64,000 nt of DNA from Zootoca vivipara (taxonomy: Eukaryota), in the NCBI RefSeq assembly GCF_963506605.1, contig NC_083277.1, positions 56,792,001-56,856,000 of the forward strand, written 5' to 3'. Position numbers and translations under genes: made by a program. Numbering within the stretch: the stretch's first letter is position 1; each line of letters opens with the position of its first letter. The notes beneath the pieces are model-generated. The model ran no database searches. It had not been told where the DNA came from and saw only the letters and a program-made list of their open reading frames with translations. Below, one piece after another: positions 49,901 to 63,791 of this stretch.

Positions 49901-50482
49901 GTAAAGGGAGGTTCAGTGGCTACTTGCGCTGGGTGCCCTCCCACTGACTCAGGTAAAATGGCACCTGCGTAAGTGGCTAAATTGTCCCCTGAGACCAGGG
50001 AAAATTGCACCTTTTGAGATGACGAATGCAAAAGCGTGGAATTATTCCATGAATACTCAGGAAGCAAATGCGGAGCTGGGACAGCAAGAGCAAGCGATTG
50101 CAGCCAGAATCCATCACTCTGGAAAATCCGAAAGGTTGGGGTGGTTGCCCACGGGAACTCTCCAGGGAGCAGAATAGTACAGGGGCTGACTTAATTAAAA
50201 AACAGGAAATTGCTCTTCCTAGAATTTAAATTATAGCACTTTGATAAAAGTTTGCTTGCAGGTTTTGGGTTGAAGGCTGGTTAACTCCAGAAGTTGTATG
50301 CTGAGTGTGATCTTGTCCTCCAGTGTTTAAATTTCCCAAAATTTATGCAGTAACCAAGGTAAAGGGTGTTTGATAATAGAACACCTGTGTACTTTTGAAG
50401 TACAAATGCCCAGTGTCTTCCAATAGATAATATTTAAATTTGAGCCTCTGTACTTTCAAGTCCATATTTTTAAAGTGGAAAT

Positions 50483-50812
50483 AAAGGTAAAGGTACCCCT
50501 GACCATTAGGTCCAGTCGCAGACGACTCTGGAGTTGCGGCGCTCATTTCGCTCTATAGGCCAAGGGAGCCGTCATTTGTCCGCAGACAGCTTCCGGGTCA
50601 TGTGGCCAGCATGACTAAGCCGCTTCTGGTGAACCAGAGCAGCACACGGAAACACCGTTTACCTTCCCGCCGGAGCAGTACCTATTTATCTACTTGCACT
50701 TTGACATGCTTTCGAACTGCTAGGTGGGCAGGAGCAGGAACCGAGCAACGCCAACCTTCTGATTGGCAAGCCCTAGGCTCTGTGGTTTAGACCACAGCGC
50801 CACCCACGTCCC
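50483..50812 (-). mobile_element. Sauria SINE (near full length, small internal deletion)
   Basis: Head GGGACGTGGGTGGCGCTGTGGTCTAAACCACAGAGCCTAGGG and tail (ACCTTT)n on the minus strand. Confidence 0.9.
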
Positions 50813-51767
50813 AGTAGGAATAAGGGTGGGCTAATCCATGAAGTTGTTATAAATTCCATAATGCACTCTTATCAGTAAAAATGCTTGGTAATGATAGAGA
50901 ATATAGTGTCAAAATGCTACGTGCAGTTTGTGTGGGTTTTGCTTCACAAAACTTTGATAATACCAGATTTATTTATTTTGAGTTTTAAAATTATTACTAC
51001 TGTTTTAAATTGATAAGCTGCCTTTCTGGACCAGGTCCCCTCAATGTGGGTAAACAAAATGCAAGCAGAAAATTTAATAGACACAATATTATAATATTGT
51101 TACAGATTTCGTATTATTTTTAAAAACAACACCTGAACAATACATTCAAATATAATTCAGCCAGTATAAAAACCATTGTAAGACCCACAACAAATATATA
51201 TATATGTATTTAAAATCAATAACTATCCCTAAGGTTTAGGATGGATTACATATGTTCTGAATTAACTTTCTATAGAGGGGAAACCCGGTCACTGTGGTCA
51301 GCTCATAGGGCAATGATCTCTCTCCTACACAACTCAGATCTCAGATCTCCCCATTACCCAATTGAACAGATTCCAATAAGAAAGAGAATGAACAAAATAA
51401 ATCAGAAGTAGTAGTGAGAGTTGGGAGTCTAAGCAGAAATAAGGAAGGAACAGTTGTTGTTTTTTTAAAAAAAGAGCAAAGCATGAAATCAAACTCTAAA
51501 TCAGCAGATAGCAGTTTTACAAATACCAGCTCAAAATAAACAAAACACAGCTATCCCTTTACTAATTTAACTCAAGCCATTAAAATCCAATGGCGGGTGG
51601 GATTCAAAGATACTACAATCCCTCTGGAAGATGTTCAGAGTTGGATTTATGGTGGGTCTCCAGGAAGGGAAAATTCTGTTATTGTGGGGCAGCCATGATG
51701 ATACAGGGTGAGGGAGTTGCCTCAGGTAGAAGATTTTGGGATACCCTAATGAGATGGTTATATATGG

Positions 51768-51773
<6 letters not shown>

Positions 51774-51813
<40 letters not shown>
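51774..51813. repeat. (TA)n microsatellite
   Basis: About 20 TA units. Confidence 0.95.
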
Positions 51814-51814
<1 letters not shown>

Positions 51815-52172
51815 CCACTATATAAAGTTTTTCTGTGTCAGGCATTCTTATGTCTTGCATCATTTCTGAGTTCAGCACTGAAAATATTTTCCTGTTAGAA
51901 GAGAATTATTTTCATTTCCACTGAAGACAAATCTATAGTAGTCATAACACCCTTGGTGATTACAATGCCATTTCTGGAGGAACTGACAACATAACAGCAA
52001 GCTACTCTCATGGCTCCCCAATAATCCTTCTGCATAACACAGTAGAGCTGTTACCTATGTTTTTGAGATGCACATTAGCAGAAATGTATGGAGGTCCAAC
52101 TTAAACTGGAAAATTTATCTATGCCCTAGAGCCAGTCTTCGAATAGCAGTAACCAAAAGCAAGATTACTGCT

Positions 52173-52732
52173 TGTTGTTGTTGTTTAGTCATTTAGTCAT
52201 GTCCGACTCTTTGTGACCCAATGGACCAGAGCATGCCAGGCACTCCTGTCTTCCACTGCCTCCCGCAGTTTGGTCAAACTCATGTTCGTAGCTTCGAGAA
52301 CACTGTCCAACCATCTCATCCTCTGTCGTCCCCTTCTCCTTCTGCCCTCCATCTTTCCCAACATCAGGGTCTTTTCCAGGGAGTCTTCTCTTCTCATGAG
52401 GTGGCCAAAGTATTGGAGCCTCAGCTTCACGATCTGTCCTTCCAGTGAGCACTCAGGGCTGATTTTCTTCAGAATGGATAAGTTTGATCTTCTTGCAGTT
52501 CTTGGGACTCTCAAGAGTCTCCTCCAGCACCATAATTCAAAAGCATCAATTCTTTGGCGATCAGCCTTCTTTATGGTCCAGCTCTCACTTCCATACATCA
52601 CTACTGGGAAAGCCATAGCTTTAACTATATGGACCTTTGTCGGCAAGGTGATGTCTCTGTTTTTTAAGCAGGAACTGGCAAGCCAGTATCCCTGCCAATA
52701 AAACTCCATGGGCAAAGACAACAGGCATATCA
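52173..52732 (-). mobile_element. 5'-truncated BovB (RTE) LINE
   Basis: ORF 52197-52733 encodes RDITLPTKVHIVKAMAFPVVMYGSESWTIKKADRQRIDAFELWCWRRLLRVP...LEKTLMLGK.EGRRRRGRQRMRWLD, the BovB RT C-terminus. (CAA)n tail and 12-bp TSD AAGATTACTGCT (52161-52172 / 52733-52744). Confidence 0.93.
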
Positions 52733-55557
52733 AAGATTACTGCTAGTCTGGACCAAAGACTGAAATCACAACAGAGCTGTTCCAAGTAAGAGGTGAAAAT
52801 AAAAGGGCCCCACTGTTGGAAAGTACGGTAGGTTCCCAAGTACATTGTTTTGCTGTTGTTGTTTTACTTCACATTTTATCATAAACGAAGCCTGAAGTGG
52901 ATTACTTAGAGCCAAAGAACATATTACATGTATGGTTGCATAGAACAGATTTTGCAGGATTGCATTTAATAGATCTGTTGTATTGTTTGTTTATAAATGG
53001 CCGCCATTACAGAGGAGGTCAGATTAGGGATCCTGGCACATACAGAAGGGTATTGACTCCCTGTCCCTCATCCCACTTTGGTGCCACAATATATTGAATG
53101 ACTATCACCCTCCCAAAGTTGCTACTTGCCTCAAGAGCTGATCAATGCCCTGAGCAGATGAACCCTACTGAGTCTTTTTAATGGGGACTCAGTACAGACA
53201 AATGGGGTCTCACTTACTAGGTAAGAACAGAAGAACCCTTCTCAGAAATCAGATTCAGTCTTGGTACATCTGACCAAGCTCCACTCCTGCATTTGCTCTT
53301 ACCCAAGCTCACTTTTGTCAGGAAGGCATGTTGTGATTTTAATCTGCACAGCTGAAGCCCAGCTGCCCCCTCCTCCTCAGCCATGAGATCCCACAGTTGT
53401 TACCTTTTGACTATAATTCTCCCCTCATTTCCAGCTGCTAAAGCACATTAAAAGAGGCTAAAAATATACTAAACACTCCCCTGATGTGACAGCATTGCTT
53501 TACATGGAAAAGTAATTGCCACCGGGATGGTTTGTGATCATGAGCTGGAGGAGAGGCATCAACTAGATGCTGGCAATCAGAGAACCCCTGCCCTGGAAGC
53601 CAAAGGAAAATGGGGGGGGGGAGAACTGTGTAGTTCTGACAGAAAGAATGCCACAGCTATTGTGGGCGGTGAGGTATTTTGAAATTAGAGGGTAAGTAAG
53701 TACTGCTATCACCTGATTTAATTCTTGTCCTTTACAGCTATTGGAACGAGAGAAATTCTTCATACCAGAGCCTGCCATATCAGCAGTTCCAAAATTCAAG
53801 ACAGAAAGGGATAAGAGGCACGTGACAATAAATTTACAGAATCCCCACAGAAATAAAACTGGATATCCTATAGGTCCCTCTGCAGTGCCTACAATTCTTA
53901 CACATGGTGCATGAGTCAAATTTCACAGTGGATACCATAACAAATCCCCCACTTTCCTAAGCACTGAGTAGTCCAGGACTAATGTTAACATACTTTAGCT
54001 TCTTTTGGATGAAAGAACACTGGAGGCTTATGATGTCTTGGTAGTGCTTGTTTATTTACAAATATATAGTTGAGCATATTGGAAGTTAATGGGATCATGT
54101 AGCAGGTAGCACAGTCTCTGATCTTGACCCAGATTCCTTTGTTTGTATCTGAATGCTAGCCTCAGCAAAAACTCCCCTATCTGGCTGATTTGCTCTGCTT
54201 CTATCTAAAATTGCAGAACTGGCTCCAGACCATTTCTCTGTCCTCTCCAGTAGCTGTTTTGTGTTACAACCCCAAATTCTGATGCATTACATTCCAGAGT
54301 CTTGAGACAGATTCCCAGCAAAGAAGGAATATTTATTATTATTATTCCAGAGGGCTGGCCACATTAGCCTCTTGCAGCAAAAATAATAAGAGTAAAGAGG
54401 CATCTTGCAGATTAGTTAAGTGACATCCCCACCTGAGTACACCTTTGTCAGTCTTTAAGCTGCCACAAGACTCTTTGACTATTTTAAGTCTCTTGCCAGT
54501 CAGTTGCTCAGCGATAGGCCCATTCAGAATACAACCCAGACTGCCAGACAGTAGTTTATAGTAGTACTTTAATTGGCCATAGAAGTGCACTTAGTTTTTT
54601 GGGTCCACATAACAGACAAACCAGGGTATAACATACGTGGCCAAACATGCTGGATAGAGACCCTTAATAAAAACATATTTCAGCACTGTAAACAGCATTG
54701 AAATGGCAATGCCAGCATCTAGTTGACACCTCTCTTCCAGCATCCTTTTCTGTAAACCGCCCTGAGACCTCCAGGTGTAGTGCAGTACCGAAATTAAATT
54801 AAATTAAATTAAATAATTAAATTAAATTGGAATGAATGAATGAAATCCAAGGAAATATAATGGGAGTATCTTTCAGTTTTGGAAACAACAACCCCAGATG
54901 TCCCTTAAATTAAGGCATAATTCTCAATTCTAGGTGGTGCCGGGCTCTTCTTTTCATAGAGTGCTTTCTTGTAATTTTCCTTTTCTTATATTGTTTGTTA
55001 ATAAATAATGTAAGAAGAGCCTGCTGGATCAGATCAAGAGCTCATCTAGTTCAGTATCCTGTTATCACAGTGGCCAACCAGTTGCCTAGATGAAGCCTAT
55101 AAGCAGAACACTCCCCCCACTTGCGATTCCCAGCAACTGGTATGCTGTGTTTTAGCGAAAATAAAATAGGCTGTTCAATCCTTTATTCTTCAAAGTGAAA
55201 GACGTTGCAATGGGTGTACACACCCTGAAGCCACGTGCAGAAATAGTCCTGACATTCATCTCGTGTTTTAAAATTCCCTCAGAATCGTGGGCTTTCAGAA
55301 CAGTGGAGTTTGTCTGCTGCTATAATAGTCTGGCATTCACAGGAAACAGGCTGCCACCAGGCTGAATCAGTGCAGGGAGATTGTGCCAAATGAAAACACA
55401 AAGACAAGGGAACTCCTCTCTCTATCTCTGCTATCATGATTATATGTAAAGACTAAACCAGACATTATCTCAGGGAGTGTATGTTCCCACTCTCAACTTC
55501 ACATTTGCCACGATGTTGGAGAAAGCAGGAGTAATGGAGCATTTATTTACCCAAGAG

Positions 55558-55724
55558 CAGGCATCTCCAAAGTCCATTTCAGGGGGCTAATAAAGCTCAG
55601 CAACTTTGGGGTAAAATTGTAAAAAAAAAAAACTCAACAACTTCAATCCTAAAAAAAAAGCTCAACACACGCATGTTCACTTCATCGAATCTGGCCCTCT
55701 TTGAAAAAAGTTTGGACACCTGTG
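55558..55724. mobile_element. hAT-type MITE
   Basis: CAGGCATCTCCAAA...TTTGGACACCTGTG ends, perfect 8-bp TSD CCCAAGAG. Confidence 0.75.
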
Positions 55725-56540
55725 CCCAAGAGGATCAGTGAGGGAGACTTTTTTATATTTATATTTTCCAATATTTATATACCAGCTAATGACAAAAGTC
55801 CTCTGGGTGGTTTACAAGTAAAAGTGAAAAACAAAAAATACAATAGGGAACTAAAATCTAGCCCAGAATAAAGCCGGCAACAGAGAATGACATCAGTACA
55901 ACCAATATAAAAAGCAGTTAAAAAATAAAATAAAAATGATATCTTCACCTGGCATCTGAAAAAGTCATCATGTAGGTCCAAGACAGACCTCTCTGGGGGT
56001 GCCAACACTGGAAAGACTCTCTCCAGTAGCCACCCTCATTTGTTTCATTTTGTCAACACTCTATCCTGCATTCATATGGCAGAAGAGAAGTTCACAGGCA
56101 CAAAATAATCATGCTCCAGGTATTGGGTATGGACTTATCCCAAACTGAAAAAGAAATAAATTGTTTGGAAAGAGCTGGTGTGCAGGGCCGGCACTACAAG
56201 GAAATCTCCCGCATGCAAGATAACCAATTGTTTTCACAAGTGCTTCAGCCACAGAGTGGTGCTTAACTTCTACACCAGCCAATTTTACCCATAGTAATTT
56301 CCCCCCAGACTTTTTTTTTCTCTTCAAAACCCAGCTGCAGTGAGGCAGGGGATGATTAGAAACTGCCAGGGTCCATTTGTAGAGAAGGATCTGTAGGCAG
56401 AAGGATGGTAAAGCCCTTCTTTCTCGCTCCTCTCCTTAGTTTTACAGTGGCATTATAGGGTGGCAGCCCCATTGTTTCGCTGTTAACAACTGGTTCTGTC
56501 CTTAGCTTGTGAACTTTGAGATTAGACATTTGGTGGTGAA

Positions 56541-56755
56541 TAGGGTTGCCAGACTCAATAGAGGACAGGACTTCTGTGCCTTTAATTGCCCTGCTCTCTT
56601 TTGAGTCTGGAAACCTTAAAGAGAAGCCAGCAGACCCTTTGTTTAATTTCCAAGCAAAGGGTCTGCTGGTTTCTCTTTAAGGTTTCAAGACTCAAAAGAG
56701 AGCAGGGCAATTAAAGGCACAGAAGTCCTGTCCTCTATTGAGTCTGGCAACCCTA
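56541..56755. mobile_element. Fully palindromic hAT (Blackjack-like TIR) MITE
   Basis: TAGGGTTGCCAG...CTGGCAACCCTA with ~104-bp arms that have only about 3 mismatches and a ~7-nt loop. TSD GTGGTGAA / GTGGTGGA. Confidence 0.9.
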
Positions 56756-59223
56756 GTGGTGGAGCCTGGGGGTCATGGAGGCTACACGGCCTGAGATCCC
56801 TTCCTTCTCCGTAATTTTATGTTTTTGCTGAATAAAGATTATGATTCTGAGGCCAGAGGGAGTACCGGAAGGAGGTAAATGAATGTTTGTAGTACAAATA
56901 AAGTACCAGTTTCTACTAAGGAACAGAGATGTAGTTATTAATGAATAATGCTTTCTTGCTTCTTTACCTTCAATCTTTCAAACAACTTTACCTTCTAACT
57001 TGGTTTTCCTGAGAGGTTCATCCCGGGACAGGGTACTGAAGTTAGTCAAGGTTATGCTATGACGTCCCATGTACCAGCAACCAGGATCTCTGCTTCCAGA
57101 GACACAGGGCCAGGTGCATAGAAGCCTATGACTTCACGTACAACAATGTCTGTTTCTAAGTGTCCAGTTTGAAGGCCAGTTTCCCTTATTCTACATGGAT
57201 GGTCAGAATTCCCTTCTTCATCCATATAATAATACTATCTGCAATCCATGTTGCAGTGTAATATTTGTTCCACCGATCCCCAAACCCTAATCCTGCTCCG
57301 TGCATATATATATATATACACTTTAAAGAAGGGCTCATTCAGAGCATAGATCAAATTGCTCCAACAGGAACAGTCTGTTTCTGTATAATTAACCCTTAGC
57401 GGAACTCTTGTTCTGTAGATGCTCAGACCTGCCAGGACTTGCCAGTTACAGAGCCCTGCAGCTAACACAACAGCACTTTGATATATATCACTGTGAGTCA
57501 GATTGTGAAACCCACTGAAGTCAATAACAGGAAACAGAATTGGCCAAAGATGAAACGTTTTGACTGCATGAAGCATCCCAAATTCCCAGCCATTTGCAGG
57601 TCAGGGACTGGAAAGCTGCCTGGGATTCCAGCTCTGGCTCTCTGATGTAATAGCTCCAGCACTGCTTGAGCTGCAGCGTTGTTCTGAGCAATTATAGGCT
57701 CAAAATAATGCAACCACGGGTGGCTTCCTGCAGGATTCTTCCTCGCTTCAAAAGATTATTCACTCAACACAAAGCTGAACACTCTCCCCCCGACCCTTGC
57801 TTCCCCCACAGAAATCTTGGCCGTGGGGAATAAGTGGGCGAGTTGATAACAGCCCTGTAATTCCAGTCAGCAGTGGCAGAATCTCAATTTCCTGCAAGAT
57901 ATCAAGAGGTTTTTCAAATAGCTCTGATACTGCTACAAAAGATAGCATATATGTAATAGGAAGAAAAAGAATAGTGCTTGAATGTCCCCAAACTTGAGAC
58001 AGGAAGTAGGAAGCCATTTAGGGTTGTATAGGGGCCAGCCCAAGATACATTCCTACTCCAAGGGAAGGACAATATGGCATTCTCTCTGCCACACCAATTT
58101 CCACATACAGAAACCGACCAGAATGACAGCTGAATCTTACTTTAGCATAGCACTGGTGATTGATGGACATCTTCCTCCACCACATCAGAGGACAAAGGCA
58201 GGCCATGTGGCACACACAGCACTGCCCTCCAATACTTTGCTGCCAGTCCCTAGCATCCTATGCATGTTACTGAGTTCAGTGGGACTTACTGCCATGTAAA
58301 CATGCATCAGATTATAGCCTTGTTTTGCTGGTATGGGTGGGATGGCTTTGCCCCCTGCAGCCAGTGCATATTCTGTTCATATTGTGTTATACAGCTAGCT
58401 ACACAACCAGCTGCGCCAAATACATTTAGATTTTAACAGCTACTGTTGTTCAGTAGAACAGTGCCCTGTGCAGAGATTCCACATGACTGGGAAGTCTCAG
58501 GGAATTTGGAGGACTAACAGCAATGTCGTTTACCTGGAAGATACGCTTTGTAAAACTCTGGATTTGGGGAGAAATAAGTGAGCGGTAGCAGCCTGAAGGC
58601 GCACAAGAACTGCCAGGTTTGCAATGTGATTCCCAATAAGCCTAATACTCCAAAGCAAGCCCCCATCTTTGGGCAGACATACAACTAAATTTGGCTTCCC
58701 TGTTCCACTGTTCCATTATGCGAACGAGACATGACACAGTTAATGGCTCTGAGTCAGCCTTGCTCCCTCCTAGTCGAGTTCTGGTTTTTGTTACTTTCCG
58801 TCCCCTCCCCAGCTGTCACAGGCTTGTGAAGCCGGATCGGGGGCGTGTTGTCAGGGAGCCTCCTGGTTGGGTGTGATGGTTACACCTGGGAGGGATGCCA
58901 ACACCACCATGGTTCAGTTCAAAACAGGAACCCAGGCAAAGCACCTTCTGGCTTAGTAATTACATGCTGTGCTCCTAACACATGCTCCACAAACTGGGTG
59001 TGTTCTCCTGCAGCTACACATGCTCCAAAGCTCTCCAAAGCCTTCCCTCATCCCCAGCCCTCCTACGTATTCCCAGGCATACACAGCGGCCCTGACCTCG
59101 AAGGCTCCTTCTTAATGGGGGAAGGACCACAGCTCAGTGGTGGAGCATCTCCTTTGCAAGTAGAAGATGCCAGGTTCAATCCTCTGCCCCCAAACCCAGA
59201 GAGTCACTTCTAGTCAGTGTAAA

Positions 59224-59573
59224 AAAGGTAAAGGACCCCGAACGGTTAAGTCCAGTGAAAGGTGACTATGGGGTTGCGGCACTCATCTCGCTTTCAGACC
59301 GAGGGAGCCAGCGTTTGTTCACAGACAGCTTTCCGGGTCATGTGGCCAGCATGACTAAACCGCTTCTGGTGCAACGGAACACCGTGACGGAGGCCAGAGC
59401 ACACAGAAACGCTGTTTACCTTCCCACCACAGCAGCGACTATTTATCTACTTGCACTGGCCTGCTTTCGAACTGCTAGGTTGACAGAAGCTGAGACGGAA
59501 CAATGGGAGCTCACCCTGTCACGGGGATTCGAACCACCGACCTTCTGATCGGCAAGCCCAAGTGGCTCAGTGG
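59224..59573 (-). mobile_element. Sauria SINE (divergent subfamily)
   Basis: Shares the core CATGTGGCCAGCATGACTAAACCGCTTCTGG and GGGATTCGAACC, with variant segments. Confidence 0.85.
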
Positions 59574-61364
59574 ACTGATGGTCGGACTCAGTATAAGGCA
59601 GCTTCATATATTCCTGTTCCTAACCCTCACTCCCCAAAATACAATCTTAGACCCTTATTTTTTTGAACTTGCTCCCATCATATCAGCTCACTCCTGACCA
59701 ATGGTGTCCTTTCCCAACAATGTATCTGCAGACTAACACATGTACACAAAAACATGCAGTCAGGGATAGCCAATGTGGTGCCATACAGATGTTGTTGGGC
59801 TCCAACTCTCATCCGCCAATGGTCAGGAATGGTAGGATGATCAACCCCAGGCACTATGGTCAGTAGTCACTGGGCTACCCTTGATACAGCTCTCAATATA
59901 AGTTCTGTCTTAATATTTTGGTCACCGATGAACCTGTGGCTCTCCAGATGTTGTTGCTCCCAAAACCACTGACCACTGACAATGCTGGCTCAGGCTGATG
60001 GGAGTCTATCATCTCCTCTTTATTTCCATTCCCACTCCCTTTAGTGTCTTGTCTATTCTTTCTACACCTAAGAGCCCAAGACAAGACTCATTTCTCTCTC
60101 TTAATTCATGTAAGCCACTTTGGGAAACAATAATTGTTTGAAAAGTGGTATAGAAGTATTTAAACAATATTTTTATGGGGATTTGAAAGGAGCATGTGTC
60201 TGCCTGAGAGTGAGAGACGGAGAGCTGCAGATAGATAAAAAGTAAACCTTAAGGCTGCTCAGTATTGACTTTGAGCCAAATGATTAAGAGAAAAAGAAAA
60301 GAAATAGGGGTTGGATCCAGACCAGACAGGATTTTATCCTTTTTACATTTGGATTGTACAAAATAAGGACAATAACAACACCACTTCCTGCCTGTTACAA
60401 ACATGGAGGAGGAGAGCAGTAGCAGACTGGGAGAGAAGGTTCTGGATAGTGATAAGGAAGACACACAGTGGAATCTGTGACTTGCCTAACTTAGGGGGAG
60501 CTTTTTCCCATTTCTTAGGGGGAGCTTTCCCCCCCATTTCTGTTTTTAAATAACTGTTAAAGAAAAACACTTGCTGATCTACTGTTAAGTCATCCATTTT
60601 CCAGTAGATCCCAATCTACTTTCTGCCTTTGCACTAGAGCAAGGTCTGTGTTCAATTGCTTGCTTGGCCTAGCCCAGCTGCTCTACCTGTGGGTCCTTTA
60701 AATAATTCCATGCAAAGTCATGAATAGCTGCCAGTGTGGTCCCTGCAGTTCCACCTATGGTGTCTGTGAAAGGTCTCAATAAATAAACCCTCCAAAACTC
60801 ACAGTACACAAGAGAATGTTTACCCTTCCTGGTCAATCCCTGTTTGCACTGTCTCATTGAACACTCCCCCATAAACATGCCCATATTTCACTGGGTGCCA
60901 GGATTGGACACCCACCCTTCTTTCCATTCTGACCAGGGGAGGGGTGCAAATAGTTGCTCTCCATGAACAAGTGCAGTGCTGGGCCTTTTCCCATTGTTGT
61001 GGGTAGCTGCTGTTGCGGGACAGGGTTCTATCTATCTGCTCATTAGATGTGGCAGCCATTTTGTGATGTGCCACACACCTTACGTTGGGCCACCACCGCC
61101 CCTCCAAGGCAGCCATTTATTGACAGGCACCCATGGCAATTTCTCATAATTCCAAATACCCCCACTGGCCCCGTTTTCAACTGTCTTATAAAAACAAAAG
61201 CCAGTACTGATTGGGTCTCCTATTCCTCTCAGTTTACCAGATCTTAATTGTACTGTTTTATAGGACAGGCTCTTCCACATGTTTAGAGATATTTATGACT
61301 TTGGTCAATGTTACAAACACTCTCCTGGGACCAACTACACCTTACTTCAGTAAATGTATATGTC

Positions 61365-61484
61365 TAGGGCTGCCATATGTCCGGAATTTCCCAGACATAG
61401 CCGGGATTCGACCCTCGCAAACACTGTCCGGGCGGAAATCGCTTTAATGTCCAGATTTTCACTTTTTTAAACATGGCAACCCTA
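61365..61484. mobile_element. Short hAT (Blackjack-like TIR) MITE
   Basis: TAGGGCTGCCATATGTCCGG...CATGGCAACCCTA termini; no clean TSD. Confidence 0.6.
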
Positions 61485-62285
61485 TCATAGAAACCCTATG
61501 CAGAAAGAAGAACAGCGTTTCCTTTGTCTCCACACGTTGGGTATTGTGCTTTTGTCGTTGTTGTTTTTCCAGCAACTGTACCTAGCAGCCAGGTGAAAAA
61601 GAGGACAGATCTTGTGCACTTTTTAATTGTTGTGTAGAAGAGAAAGCTTCAGCAGGTGTAGTTGGAATGACAACGTGTCTGCTGATATGGCTTCCTCTAC
61701 ACAATTATTAAATGTGCAGGAACCTTGTTGTTTTTACACCTGGCTACCTTGGGTGCATCATAGAATTGTAGAGTCATCTAGTCCAACCTCCTGCAACAAA
61801 TCTCTCATCCCACAATTACAAACATAATTGGGTTGGGGGAATAGCAACCACTTTGTAAATTTAGATGGTTTTTTTAGGCCTAGCATGTCTAGGGCAAGCT
61901 GGCATATCCTTTTTGCTTGAGCACAGAAACACCCACTTTGTCTCCCTCACATATTTTTGTTACGTCTTACATATTTCTGTTACTATTTATGTGTAACATA
62001 AATTCCTTCTTAATCTCAGCACTTGATTAGTGTAATGTGATCTACATAGGTTGCCTAAGTCACAGCTGGTGCAGAATGTGGCAGCCCATTGCTTAATGGA
62101 CGGGGTTCTGGGAGCACAGTATATCACCAGCAGCAATCTGTAGCCTGCCCTCTCCAACATCCTAAGCAAGCATGGGTCCAATATTGCTTTTTAAGGTAGC
62201 TTCCTTCGTCAGTTCCACCCATGCATCAGCCTATCCTACAGGGTTGTGGTGAAGATGAATGAAATCAAGGAGTATTATGTGCACT

Positions 62286-62392
62286 GTTGTGTTGTTGTTT
62301 AGTCATTTAGTCGTGTCCGACTCTTTGTGACCCCATAGACCAGAGCATGCCAGGCACTCCTGTCTTCCACTGCCTCCCGCAGTTTGGTCAAA
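62286..62392 (-). mobile_element. BovB/RTE 3'-end fragment
   Basis: Nearly identical to 52173-52277. Confidence 0.85.
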
Positions 62393-62804
62393 CAAAGTAC
62401 CGGGCCTTAAATGGGCTAGCAACATGACTAAAATAATAAATCAAGGCTAAGTCAGATGGTTTTGGAGAAAGCAGTCTCAGACTCAGGGTTGCTTAGAGGT
62501 TACAAAATTTGCACTTTGACTGCAGTGGGGGACTGGGGAAGAAGGCTAGAAAGCAGTAGTTTTGGTGGAGAAAAGAAACAAACCAAAGAAATAAAATAAC
62601 GCACCAGAGAATTTTGGGACCATATAATATAACCACAAGCCTTAGGAGAGTGAGCTTTATGAAAAACTGAATCTAGATACTTAGACAATGTTTTTGTTTG
62701 TTTGTTTACTGTCTGAACAATTAGAATAATAGAATTGTTGAGCTGCAAAAGACCCAAAGGGTCATCTAGTCCCGCCCCCTGAAATACAGGCAAGAACTGA
62801 ACTT

Positions 62805-62968
62805 AAAGGTAAAGGAAAGGGACCCCTGACTGTTAGGTCCAGTTGCGGACGACTCTGGGGTTGCGGCGCTCATCTCGCTTTACTGGCCAAGGGAACCGGC
62901 GTACAGCTTCCAGGTCATGTGGCCAGCATGACAAAGCCGCTTCTGGCGAACCAGAGCAGCGCACGGAA
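62805..62968 (-). mobile_element. Sauria SINE 3' half
   Basis: AAAGGTAAAGG tail and core identical to other copies. Confidence 0.85.
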
Positions 62969-63791
62969 CTTACTTTGCCACAAATCATCAGTGACATAGT
63001 TAATTGATGCCAACCCTAGGTTATCTGTTAACAAAGTTGTTTCCAGCTCAATAATTACACAGTACTTGCCTCACCATGGGGCTAAACACACAGAACATTA
63101 AGATAATTATTGTAGCCATGACATATCATAAATCGCATTCTTCAAAATATAAAGTATTATAATTACACATGTGGAAAATATAGGCATAGCTCTGTATTGT
63201 TTAGGGTTTGCGTTTTAAAGATTACAAGCCGTACGAAGACTCCAGAAATCCAATGAAAACTCCCAGAATACTGGTGGTTTTATTTGCTCTTCTGCAGTAA
63301 CAAGTGGAACCTTCAACAAAATTGTGCAGTATTTCCTCCTTCCTAAGCAGAGTGTTCCTATTGTGGGTTACAGGCAGCCATTCTCTCCAAGCAGGGCATT
63401 TTGCTACACTGCACCAACACACACCCCACCACTTTCCATTTCCTGGCATTAATGACTACAGAGCATGCTCAGTCCTTATTTGGCAGGGGGGTTTTTTGGC
63501 AGAGGGAGACAGTTGATACCTTTTGGTGGTGGTTGTGTTTTTTTTAAAATGGTTTTGTACTTCTGTAAATTTCAGGGTTCTTCTGAGCATGGGGAACACT
63601 CTCTTGTTTTGCCATGACTCCATATTGACTCTGGTCCTGATTTCTGATTTCACTGTTTGAGGGAGTGAAGATTTCAGTTTTCATTGCAGAAATGACAGAG
63701 AAAACAATACTATGCATTATATTTCTCCAGAATTACTCGGGGGGCGTGGCGTTAACTGTTTGGTTTGGTTTTCTTTTTACATTGATCTTGT

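Noticed and set aside
57235-58299. Cluster of 65-113 aa ORFs in non-repeat sequence
   Set aside because: No recognisable homology or consistent exon chain. It could be conserved non-coding sequence, but the sequence alone cannot support that.
60490-60540. Tandem CTTAGGGGGAGCTTT..CCCATTT duplication resembling NF-kB sites
   Set aside because: Spacing does not fit GGGRNWYYCC; it is most simply a short local duplication.
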